DNA from: Gemmatimonadaceae bacterium
GTDB taxonomy: Bacteria; Gemmatimonadota; Gemmatimonadetes; Gemmatimonadales; Gemmatimonadaceae
DNA length: 43,700 nucleotides
Assembly (NCBI GenBank): GCA_040902005.1
Contig: JBBDYA010000125.1
Location: 18,330 to 62,029, forward strand
Direction of reading: 5' to 3'
Each line of letters opens with the position of its first letter. Position 1 is the stretch's first letter. The notes under the pieces are model-generated. The model saw only the letters and a program-made list of their open reading frames with translations, was not told the origin of the DNA and did not search any database. Shown in pieces: positions 28,442-36,568 of the stretch. The translations under genes and the position numbers were made by a program.

Positions 28442-29321
28442 GCAACAGCTGCCGCACCTTCTCCCGCCCTTCGCGCGACAGGGGCAACAGGGGCAGCCGC
28501 GGCATGCCACCGGCGAGACCCACCGCATCGAGCGCGGCTTTCACGGCGGGAATGCCCATCTCGCCAACGATCACCTTGGCCAGCGGCAGCAAACGCCCCT
28601 GTAGCGCCTCGGCCGCCGGCGTCTTTTTCCCGGCGGCATCAACCACCGACCGCGTGAGCGCCGGAGCGAACAGCGATACCGCGAGCACGCCGCCGCGCGC
28701 CCCCAGTTTCAGGGCTTCCGTGAGCAGTTGCGCGCTGCCCGTGAGCACGGCGAACGTGTCGCTCTGCATTCCCACGTATTCGGCGAGCAGATCGCGGTCG
28801 CCGGAGCTGTCCTTGATGCCGATGATGTTCTCGTGCCGCGCCAGTTCCCGCACCAGCGCAGGGTCGAGTCGAAAGTGCATGTACTTCGGGATGTTGTAGA
28901 GCACGAGCGGGATCGGACTCTCGTCCGCCAGGCGCTGGTAGTGCGCGCGCAACGCGTCAACCGACATGGCGGCACCGAAGTAATGCGGCGCCACCACCAG
29001 TGCCGCGTCGGCACCGCGGTCGGACACCCGCTTCGCGCGTTCGAGCGTGGTGCGCGTGGACTCGGCGCCGATCCCGGCGATCAGCCGACGATCACCCGTG
29101 ACGAGGGGGCGTGACCACTCCACCAGCGAGTCCCGCTCGCGCTCGTCCAGCAGTGGTGCCTCTCCCGTCGAGCCAGTGACGACCACCCCCGCGAGCCAAC
29201 CCCCCGCCCCCTCGCGCATGTGCGCCGCGACATTCCCCTCGAACCCCGCGCGATCGAGTTCGCCGGTGGCGTCGAACGGTGTGGTGACCGGGCCGAAGAT
29301 GCCGCGCAGCGCGAGCGTCAC
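28413..29321 (-). CDS. Dihydrodipicolinate synthase family aldolase
   Basis: TPF, GSTGE, LYNIP, Schiff-base Lys in GIKDSSGD; substrate not determinable. Confidence 0.88.
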   Translation of the reverse strand: MTLALRGIFGPVTTPFDATGELDRAGFEGNVAAHMREGAGGWLAGVVVTGSTGEAPLLDERERDSLVEWSRPLVTGDRRLIAGIGAESTRTTLERAKRVSDRGADAALVVAPHYFGAAMSVDALRAHYQRLADESPIPLVLYNIPKYMHFRLDPALVRELARHENIIGIKDSSGDRDLLAEYVGMQSDTFAVLTGSAQLLTEALKLGARGGVLAVSLFAPALTRSVVDAAGKKTPAAEALQGRLLPLAKVIVGEMGIPAVKAALDAVGLAGGMPRLPLLPLSREGREKVRQLLRDAELSVAA

Positions 29322-30484
29322 TGGATGAAGTCGAGGCCGCCGGACGCGCCCGCGGGTGCGGCCACCGCCTCCGTCCCCAGCGGCGGGGTGTCGTGTTCGT
29401 GCATCCCCTCCGCGGCCGCCCCGCCAAACATGCGCAGCTTGAGCTCGAAGTCCGCCGGCTTGCTGGCCGCGGCCATCGCCGAGTGGAAGGAGATCTGCTT
29501 GGAGATGACCAGGTCGGTGAGCGCCTGGTCGAACGACTGCATCCCGTACTGCTCCTTGTTGGCCTCCATGTAGTCCTTGATCTCCGCGACGCGGCCGCCG
29601 TCGATGATCATGTCCTTCACGGCCGGCGTGTTCACCAGGACTTCGGCGGCGACCGCGCGCGACTTGCCGTCCACCGTCTTGATCAGGCGCTGGGAGATGA
29701 CCGCGTGCAGGGACTCCGCCAGCCGGATGCGGACGACCTGTTGCTCCGCGGGGGAGAACATGGCGACGATGCGGTTGATCGTGGAGAGCGCGTCCGCGGT
29801 GTGCAGCGTGGAGATCAGCAGGTGTCCCGTTTCCGCCGCCTTCATGGCCGTGTCGATCGTCTCGGCATCGCGCATCTCGCCGATCATGATGACGTCGGGA
29901 TCCTGGCGCAGCGCCGACTTCAGCCCCTGCTTGAAATCCGACGTGTCGGAGCCGATCTCGCGCTGCGTGATGGCGGACTTGAGGTCCTTGTGCAGGAACT
30001 CGATCGGATTCTCCAGCGTGAGGATGTGGCGATTGCTGTGCTGGTTCATGTAGTTGATCATCGCCGCCATCGTGCTCGATTTTCCCGAGCCCGTGACGCC
30101 CGTGACGAGGATCATGCCGCGCTCCGCTTGGGCGATTCTCGCCAGGATCGGCGGGAGGGCCAGCTTCTCGAACGTGGGCACGTCCAGCGGGATGACGCGC
30201 ATGACGATCATGAAGCTGCCCCGCTGCCGCATGATGTTGACGCGAAACCGTCCGATCCCCTCGGCGAACCAGGAGCAGTCGTAGTCAGTGAGCGTGTCGA
30301 GGCGCGCCTTGTCGTCCTCGTTGGTCATGAGGTGCAGCGCGATCTGCTTGGTCTGGTCGGCGGTCAGCGCCTGCTTGGTGAGCGGGATGAGCTGCCCGTT
30401 CACGCGCGCGCGAAAGGCGTCGCCGGACTTGATGTGGATGTCGGACGCGCCGCGGTCGACGGCGGCTTTGATGATCTGATTCAT
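29318..30484 (-). CDS. pilT: Type IV pilus retraction ATPase, PilT/PilU family
   Basis: ASDIHI, GVTGSGKS, ENPIE, ALRQDPD, GEMRD, AAETGH, STLH, GMQSFDQ. Confidence 0.9.
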   Translation of the reverse strand: MNQIIKAAVDRGASDIHIKSGDAFRARVNGQLIPLTKQALTADQTKQIALHLMTNEDDKARLDTLTDYDCSWFAEGIGRFRVNIMRQRGSFMIVMRVIPLDVPTFEKLALPPILARIAQAERGMILVTGVTGSGKSSTMAAMINYMNQHSNRHILTLENPIEFLHKDLKSAITQREIGSDTSDFKQGLKSALRQDPDVIMIGEMRDAETIDTAMKAAETGHLLISTLHTADALSTINRIVAMFSPAEQQVVRIRLAESLHAVISQRLIKTVDGKSRAVAAEVLVNTPAVKDMIIDGGRVAEIKDYMEANKEQYGMQSFDQALTDLVISKQISFHSAMAAASKPADFELKLRMFGGAAAEGMHEHDTPPLGTEAVAAPAGASGGLDFIQ

Positions 30485-30579
30485 GCGTGTGGTGCCGAGA
30501 AAAGGGCTTCAGGCAGAGGGGAATTCAAGGTGCACCAGCGGGCCGTATCGCGCCAGAGCGAACCGCAGAGCTTGTTGAC

Positions 30580-31650
30580 CTAGTACCCCGACTGCTTGTC
30601 CACCAGGTTCCGCAGCGGTTCACCCCGCGCGTACCGCCCCCAGTTGTCACAGAACAGTGCCAGCGCGCGCGGCCAGAACCTGCCCGGGGAAACGGGTGAG
30701 ATGTGCGGCGTGAGCAGCACGGAGCCCAACCCCCATAACGCACTGTCGCGCGGCAGCGGTTCCTCCCGAAACACGTCCAGCACGGCCCCGCGCAGCCGCT
30801 TCTCGCGCAGAGCCGCCGCCAGGGCATCCTCGTCCAGCAGGGCCCCGCGAGAGACATTCACGAGCACGGCATCCCGCTTGAGCATCCGCAACCGTTCGGT
30901 TCCGAACAGGCTCCTGCTTTCCTGCGTGAGTGGTGCCGCGAGCACGACGACATCCGCGGCGGCCAGTTCGACATCCAGCGCGTCCGGGCCGACCACACGC
31001 GCGAACCCGGGCGGTGCTCCCCGCTCGGGGCGACGCCGCACGCCCACGCACTCCGCCCCCAGCGCGGACATCCGGACCGCGGCCTCGCCACCAATGCCTC
31101 CCGTGCCCACGATGAGCACGCGCGCGTTCGCCATCTCGCGCACCGGCGATTCATCCGAGACAAAGAACGACTTGTCCCACCGTGCGGCGCGCTGCTGGTC
31201 CACGGCAACGTCCAGCCCACGAAAGAAGTGCAGCACGCCTGCCACGATGTACTCGGCGATCGGGATCGCGTGCACGCCGGCGGAGTTCGTGAGCAGCACG
31301 GGGCTCGCGACCATCTCGGGAAACAGCGCGGCGCCCACGCCCGCGGCCGCCGAGTGCACCCAGCGAAGTTGCCGCGCTTCCAGAAACAGTGGACGGGTGA
31401 TTCCGAATCCGAAGTAGACCTCGGCGTCACGGATTGCCCCCATCGATTCGACGCTCGGCTCAGGGGGACCATCACCGTCCGAGCTGGTCTGCGAGCGCAC
31501 CATGTGAATGCGCCAGCCGGCCGGCGCCGCGCTTTCGATCTGCCTTTGACCCTCCGGCGTCAGCGCCCAATTCTTCGATTGGGCGATGAGATCCACCACC
31601 AGAAGCCGCTCCGCGGAACGTTCAGCCAATGTGGACGCCGAAGATGTCAT
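30580..31650 (-). CDS. D-2-hydroxyacid dehydrogenase family
   Basis: GTGGIG, NVSRG, LDVFREEPLP, TPHIS; start uncertain. Confidence 0.9.
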   Translation of the reverse strand: MTSSASTLAERSAERLLVVDLIAQSKNWALTPEGQRQIESAAPAGWRIHMVRSQTSSDGDGPPEPSVESMGAIRDAEVYFGFGITRPLFLEARQLRWVHSAAAGVGAALFPEMVASPVLLTNSAGVHAIPIAEYIVAGVLHFFRGLDVAVDQQRAARWDKSFFVSDESPVREMANARVLIVGTGGIGGEAAVRMSALGAECVGVRRRPERGAPPGFARVVGPDALDVELAAADVVVLAAPLTQESRSLFGTERLRMLKRDAVLVNVSRGALLDEDALAAALREKRLRGAVLDVFREEPLPRDSALWGLGSVLLTPHISPVSPGRFWPRALALFCDNWGRYARGEPLRNLVDKQSGY

Positions 31651-32323
31651 CGTGCGTCAGCAGCTTCTCGGTCACGATGTCGAACTGGCGGGCGGGGCCG
31701 GCGAGCTTCAGCTCGAACACCCGATCCTCCTCGTGATCGAACATCCGCTGTCCGATGATGCGAATGCCGCTGGACGCCAGCACGGCCTCCAGTTCGGCGG
31801 GTGCGAACCCCGGACGGGTGCGGATGGTGCAGGCGAGCACTCGGCGCGCGCGACGCAGCTTGTGTTCGAGGCTGCCCAGGCCGGCCAGCACGACGGTGAC
31901 GAGAATCCCGGCGCCCGCCGCCTCGATGTACTTGCCGGCGCCGATCGCAATGCCGATCGCGGCGACCACCCAGATGGTGGCGGCGGACGTGAGCCCGGTC
32001 ACGGTGCCGCGCGCCTGCATGATCGTTCCGGCACCGATGAAGCCGATGCCGGAGACGATCTGCGCCGCCAGTCGCGCCGGGTCACCCAGCCGCGTGCCGC
32101 CTTCCCCCTTCACGATCTCGACCGAGATATCGGTGAGGAGCGCCGCGCCGACGCAGATCAGGATATTCGTGCGGAGGCCCGCCGGCTTTCCCGCGATCTC
32201 CCGTTCGAGTCCCACGGCGCCGCCGAGCACGATCGCCATGACGAGCTTGAGCAGGAGATCCAGTCGGAGCTCGGCGATCAGCTCCGACCATTGCGGCAGT
32301 TCAGACGCCAGGGCTATGGAGAT
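31622..32323 (-). CDS. MgtC/SapB family membrane protein (start uncertain, possibly non-canonical)
   Basis: GLERE, KPAGLRT, RLAAQIVSGIGFIGAG, GLTSAATIW; first ATG is 32239 but the frame is open to 32326, with SD GGGAG ahead of ATC at 32323. Confidence 0.85.
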   Translation of the reverse strand: MSIALASELPQWSELIAELRLDLLLKLVMAIVLGGAVGLEREIAGKPAGLRTNILICVGAALLTDISVEIVKGEGGTRLGDPARLAAQIVSGIGFIGAGTIMQARGTVTGLTSAATIWVVAAIGIAIGAGKYIEAAGAGILVTVVLAGLGSLEHKLRRARRVLACTIRTRPGFAPAELEAVLASSGIRIIGQRMFDHEEDRVFELKLAGPARQFDIVTEKLLTHDDIFGVHIG

Positions 32324-32354
32324 GGCTTACTCCCGCCCGCTTCGGCGATCCGTG

Positions 32355-32609
32355 CTATTGCGCGTCGAGTTCCTGGACGTCGTCCAGCGCCGTCTCGATG
32401 GAGACGTCGTCCAGGGCCATGCGCGCCTGGTCCTCGAGCTGGGCAATGGATGCCTCGTCGGGCTCGGTAGGGGTTGCGTACTGGCGAAACACCTTGCCTG
32501 CGCATGTCTCGCAGGTGACTGACATCGGCACCGAATATTCGTAGAAGTGCTCTTTTCCGCACGTCAGACAGACAAGAGTAACGATGCCGACTGGTCCCGT
32601 TCGCTTCAT
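32355..32609 (-). CDS. Small Zn-ribbon protein with acidic tail (84 aa)
   Basis: CLTC-x15-CETC; SD-like GAGGG before ATG; acidic C-terminus. Confidence 0.65.
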   Translation of the reverse strand: MKRTGPVGIVTLVCLTCGKEHFYEYSVPMSVTCETCAGKVFRQYATPTEPDEASIAQLEDQARMALDDVSIETALDDVQELDAQ

Positions 32610-32718
32610 GGCGCCCTCGAATGATGGCCGAGGTCGGGATAGAGCAAAACGTATGCGTCGCCCGGATGCGGGGCCAGTAATTTCGACCGGGGCGCGGACG
32701 CCGCGAGGCGCGCCGGTG

Positions 32719-32952
32719 CTAGAACGTCGACGTGCGCGGCCCCTGCGCGCATTCCTCGCACAGGGTAGCACTGCACTGGAGTCGCGCGCCACATCCGCCG
32801 CACAGACTGTACACGCGGATGCCGTTCGCCGTCACATCGCGATAAATGACGGTGCCGAACGAAAGCAGCAGGGACGGCCCCTCGGTTGCCCCTGATTGCC
32901 TGTTCATTCGCCATGCGCGAAACCGCGCCATGATGGACCGTAGGTACCGCAT
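32719..32952 (-). CDS. Small Zn-ribbon protein (77 aa)
   Basis: CGGC-x10-CEEC; SD GGAGGT 8 nt before ATG 32952. Confidence 0.55.
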   Translation of the reverse strand: MRYLRSIMARFRAWRMNRQSGATEGPSLLLSFGTVIYRDVTANGIRVYSLCGGCGARLQCSATLCEECAQGPRTSTF

Positions 32953-32981
32953 TCGCCCCCACCTCCCCTGGGCGGCGGAAG

Positions 32982-32997
32982 TGCAGAAGGCATGCCG
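32982..32997 (-). promoter_or_regulatory. Possible sigma54 promoter
   Basis: CGGCATGCCTTCTGCA (GG-N10-GC) just past the trpS stop and upstream of the SD of the small ORF. Confidence 0.4.
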
Positions 32998-32999
32998 TG

Positions 33000-33980
33000 C
33001 TAGTCGATCCCCATTTTCTCGCGCGCATATCCAAGTGTTTCGCGCGCAATCGCCTGGCACTTCCGCGTTCCGGTCGCCAGGGCATCCTCGACCTCCGACG
33101 GATTCTTTCTGAGGTGTGCGGCCCGCGCGCGGATCGGCACCAGCTCCGCCTCCATCGATTCGTGCAGCACTTTCTTGCAGTCCAGGCATCCCCATCCCGC
33201 CGTGCGGCACTGCACCGCCACGTGCTCGACGGTCTTTTCCGGACTGAACGCCCGATGCAGGTGATAGATGTTGCAGACCTCTGGGGTGCCGGGGTCGGAT
33301 CGCTTGACGCGCTTGGGATCCGTCGCGGCCGGGCGAAGTTTTTCCCAGATCTCGTCGGTCGTCTCCAGCAAGCCCACGGTGTTGCCCAGGGACTTCGACA
33401 TCTTCGCCTTGCCGTCCAGGCCCATGATCCGGGGAGACGGCGTCAGGAGCGCCTGCGGCTCCGGGAAATAGTCGTCGCCTCCGGCAAACCGCGCGTTCCA
33501 GCGGCGTGCGACCACGCGCGACAGTTCCAGATGCTGCACCTGATCTTCGCCCACCGGTACCGCGTTCGCCCGGTAGATGAGAATGTCGGCAGCCTGGAGC
33601 ACCGGATAGGTGAGCAGCCCCGTGCTCACGCTCTCCTGCCGCTGCGACTTGTCCTTGAACTGGGTTTGCCGCTCGAGCTCGCCCAGCGGAGTGATCGTGT
33701 TGAAGAGCCACGTCAACTCGGTATGTTCCGGCACCGAGGATTGCACGAACAACGACGCGACATCGGGATCGATGCCGGCGGCCAGCAGGGACAGCGCCAT
33801 CTCGCTGCGAAGCTTGCGAAGCAGCGCCGGCTCGTACGGAACGGTGATCGCGTGATAGTCGACGATACAGAAGATCGACGGGTGCTCGTGCTGCAGGCGA
33901 ACCCAGTTTTTCACCGCGCCCAGGTAGTTGCCGACGTGCAACTCGCCCGAGGGCTGAATCCCACTGAAAATCCGTGACAT
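33000..33980 (-). CDS. trpS: Tryptophan--tRNA ligase
   Basis: FSGIQPSG.LHVGN (HIGH-like), YPVLQAADIL, VPVGEDQ, KMSKS. Confidence 0.97.
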   Translation of the reverse strand: MSRIFSGIQPSGELHVGNYLGAVKNWVRLQHEHPSIFCIVDYHAITVPYEPALLRKLRSEMALSLLAAGIDPDVASLFVQSSVPEHTELTWLFNTITPLGELERQTQFKDKSQRQESVSTGLLTYPVLQAADILIYRANAVPVGEDQVQHLELSRVVARRWNARFAGGDDYFPEPQALLTPSPRIMGLDGKAKMSKSLGNTVGLLETTDEIWEKLRPAATDPKRVKRSDPGTPEVCNIYHLHRAFSPEKTVEHVAVQCRTAGWGCLDCKKVLHESMEAELVPIRARAAHLRKNPSEVEDALATGTRKCQAIARETLGYAREKMGID

Positions 33981-33986
33981 CACGTG

Positions 33987-34015
33987 AAGGTAGGACGGCA
34001 CAAAATGCGGGGCAA
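33987..34015 (-). promoter_or_regulatory. sigma70-type promoter giving a probably leaderless trpS mRNA
   Basis: TTGCCC-N17-TACCTT, then 6 nt to ATG; no SD. Confidence 0.55.
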
Positions 34016-34036
34016 GCGAGCGAGGATCGGCGACCG

Positions 34037-34861
34037 ATGAACATGGGTGCACAATCCACCCCGGAGGGTGCGGCGCGACGACGCGCGTTGCTCGCCACCT
34101 GCGTCGCCGCCGCGGTTCGCGCAGGAGACATCGTGCGCGCCGCCGCGGAACGGCTGCATGAGGTGGAATGGGAGACCAAGGGACCCGCCGACTACGTGAG
34201 CGAAGTCGATCGGTCAGCGGAACGGGCGCTCGCGGAAGTGATCGCGGAGCGCCATCCGGACGCCATCCTCATCGCGGAGGAGGGCTCTCCAGAGGCTACC
34301 GCCGGCGCGCTCACCTTCGTCGCGGACCCGCTGGACGGAACGACCAACTTCCTCCATGGCTTTCCGTGGTACGCCGTGTCCATCGCCGCGCTCGTGGACA
34401 CCAGCCCCGTCGCCGGCGCGGTGCTGAACGTTGCCACGGGAGAGCTGTTCACCGCTGTGGAGGGTGGAGGCGCCCGCAGGAGCGGCCAGCCGATCGCCGT
34501 CTCCCGCATCACCGAGCCGGCGCGCGCGCTCATCGGCACGGGATTCCCGTTCAAGGATCGCGAAGGCATCGAGCCCTACATGGGTGTGCTGCCGCGTGTG
34601 CTGAAGCAAGCCGCCGGCCTGCGGCGGGCCGGTTCCGCCGCGCTTGATCTCTGCGACGTGGCCTGTGGCCGGTTCGACGCATTCTGGGAATACCGGCTGG
34701 CGCCGTGGGACGTGGCCGCCGGTATTCTGCTCATTCGCGAGGCGGGCGGGATCGTCACCGACCTCGACGGACGTCCGGCGCCCGTAGCGCACGGGCCCAT
34801 CGTCGCCGGCAATCCGGCGATGCACAAGTGGCTGATGGAGCAGTTGAGGTTCAGGAGCTAG
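34037..34861 (+). CDS. Inositol monophosphatase family protein (SuhB-like)
   Basis: DYVSEVD, EE, DPLDGTTNF, GSAALDL, WDVAAG; start 34037 or 34043. Confidence 0.92.
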   Translation: MNMGAQSTPEGAARRRALLATCVAAAVRAGDIVRAAAERLHEVEWETKGPADYVSEVDRSAERALAEVIAERHPDAILIAEEGSPEATAGALTFVADPLDGTTNFLHGFPWYAVSIAALVDTSPVAGAVLNVATGELFTAVEGGGARRSGQPIAVSRITEPARALIGTGFPFKDREGIEPYMGVLPRVLKQAAGLRRAGSAALDLCDVACGRFDAFWEYRLAPWDVAAGILLIREAGGIVTDLDGRPAPVAHGPIVAGNPAMHKWLMEQLRFRS

Positions 34862-34905
34862 GAACCAGGAACTAGGAACTAGGAACTAGGAGCTAGGAGC
34901 TAGGA
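34853..34905 (+). repeat. Tandem heptamer array (AGGARCY) x7 plus partial
   Basis: aggagct aggaacc aggaact aggaact aggaact aggagct aggagct agga. Confidence 0.95.
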
Positions 34906-34913
34906 CGTCCCGA

Positions 34914-34943
34914 TTGTCGATTCGCGCGCCGTACCTCTAAGTT
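34914..34943 (+). promoter_or_regulatory. Possible sigma70 promoter between the heptamer arrays
   Basis: TTGTCG-N18-TAAGTT. Confidence 0.35.
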
Positions 34944-34960
34944 CTGTTCTCGCATCGCCC

Positions 34961-35043
34961 CCTGGTTCCTCCTAGTTCCTGGTTCCTGGTTCCTGGTTCC
35001 TGGTTCCTGGTTCCTGGTTCCCAGTTCCTGCCTCCCAGTTCCT
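34961..35043 (+). repeat. Tandem heptamer array (RGTTCCT) about x10, inverse complement of the first array
   Basis: agttcct (ggttcct)x5 ggttccc agttcct gcctccc agttcct, ending 4 nt before the ftcD ATG. Confidence 0.95.
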
Positions 35044-35047
35044 GCGT

Positions 35048-36568
35048 ATGAAACTCGTCGAGTGCGTTCCCAACTTTTCCGAGGGCCGCCGTCCGGAGAT
35101 CGTCGCGAAGATTCGCGATGCGGTCATGGGGGTCACGGACGTCCACCTCCTGGACGTGTCCTCCGATGTCTCGCACAACCGAACGGTGATGACCATCGTG
35201 GTGCCGATGGAGCGCGCCGTGGACGCGATGTTCGCCGGCATGCGGGCGGCGCGCGACCTCATCGACCTCACCAAACACGAGGGCGAGCACCCGCGCATGG
35301 GCGCCACGGACGTCGTGCCATTCATTCCGCTCGAGGGAAGCACGATGGAAGACTGCATCGTGCTGGCGCGAACGCTGGGCGAACGTGTGGGGCAGGAACT
35401 CGAGATCCCCGTGTTCCTGTACGAGCGCGCCGCCGCGCGACCAGATCGCGAGAATCTCGCGGATGTGCGGCGCGGGCAGTTCGAGGGGCTGCGCAACGAC
35501 ATCGGGAAGAATCCCGCCCGCGCGCCCGACTTCGGACCGCCGCGCATTCACCCCACCGCCGGCGCCACCGCGATCGGCGCGCGTCCGTTTCTCGTGGCGT
35601 ACAACGTGTACCTTGGCCCGGCCGCCAACGTGGCCGTCGCCAAGGACGTCGCGAAGGCGGTGCGGGGCTCGTCGGGCGGATTGCGATACGTCAAGGGCCT
35701 CGGGCTCGAGGTGGACGGGCAGGCGCAGGTCTCGATGAACCTGGTGGACACCGGGAAGACGCCGCTCCATCGCGCGTTCGACATGGTGAAGATGGAAGCC
35801 GAAGCGCGTGGCGTGTCCCCCACGTGGAGCGAGATCGTTGGCCTCGTGCCCGAACGCGCACTCTTCGATGCCGCCGCCCACCATGTTCGGCTCCGCGACT
35901 TTACCACCGACATGGTGCTCGAGCACCGCGTGCGCGCCGCCGTCCAGGGTGGCGAATCCGTGAGCGGATTCGTCTCGGCCGTCGCGGCCCCAACGCCCGC
36001 CCCGGGCGGCGGGAGCGTGGCGGCGCACGCCGGCGCCCTGGGAGCCGCGCTCGCGCAGATGGTCGCGGGACTCACCATCGGCAAGAAAAAGTACGCGGCC
36101 GCGGAAGCGGAAATGAAGGACGTGGCGCTTAAGGCGGCGGCACTGGTCAACGAGCTCTCGGCGCTGGGCACCCGGGATTCGCTGGCCTACGGCCAGGTCA
36201 TGTCCGCCTACCAGCTGCCCGCAGAATCGGCATCGGACGCCGCCAGGCGCGCGGAAGCGATCACCACGGCCTTGCTGGGTGCCGCGGAGGTGCCGCTGGA
36301 CACGGCGCGCGCATGCGTGCGCGTCCTGGAGCTGGCGACCACCGTCGGCGCGCGCGGCAACACGAACGCGGTGTCTGACGCCGGCGTCGCCGCGCTCCTC
36401 GCCGAGGCCGCGTGCCGGGGAGCCATCTACAACGTCCGCATCAACGTCAGTGCCCTCGACGACAAGACAAAAGGCGCCCGACTCCTGGAGGAGTGCGGAC
36501 GCCTTCTGACGGTCGCGTCGGAACGCGCTGGTGCCGTTACGGCGTTAGTGGAGAAGGCGATCGGTTAG
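35048..36568 (+). CDS. ftcD: Fused glutamate formiminotransferase / formiminotetrahydrofolate cyclodeaminase
   Basis: MKLVECVPNFSEGR, HPRMGATDVVPF, QVSMNL; C-terminal PAPGGGS and GNTNAVSDAGV cyclodeaminase domain. Confidence 0.93.
   Translation: MKLVECVPNFSEGRRPEIVAKIRDAVMGVTDVHLLDVSSDVSHNRTVMTIVVPMERAVDAMFAGMRAARDLIDLTKHEGEHPRMGATDVVPFIPLEGSTMEDCIVLARTLGERVGQELEIPVFLYERAAARPDRENLADVRRGQFEGLRNDIGKNPARAPDFGPPRIHPTAGATAIGARPFLVAYNVYLGPAANVAVAKDVAKAVRGSSGGLRYVKGLGLEVDGQAQVSMNLVDTGKTPLHRAFDMVKMEAEARGVSPTWSEIVGLVPERALFDAAAHHVRLRDFTTDMVLEHRVRAAVQGGESVSGFVSAVAAPTPAPGGGSVAAHAGALGAALAQMVAGLTIGKKKYAAAEAEMKDVALKAAALVNELSALGTRDSLAYGQVMSAYQLPAESASDAARRAEAITTALLGAAEVPLDTARACVRVLELATTVGARGNTNAVSDAGVAALLAEAACRGAIYNVRINVSALDDKTKGARLLEECGRLLTVASERAGAVTALVEKAIG

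Noticed and set aside
34853..35043. Possible CRISPR array
   Set aside because: 7-nt tandem units with no spacers, and no cas genes.
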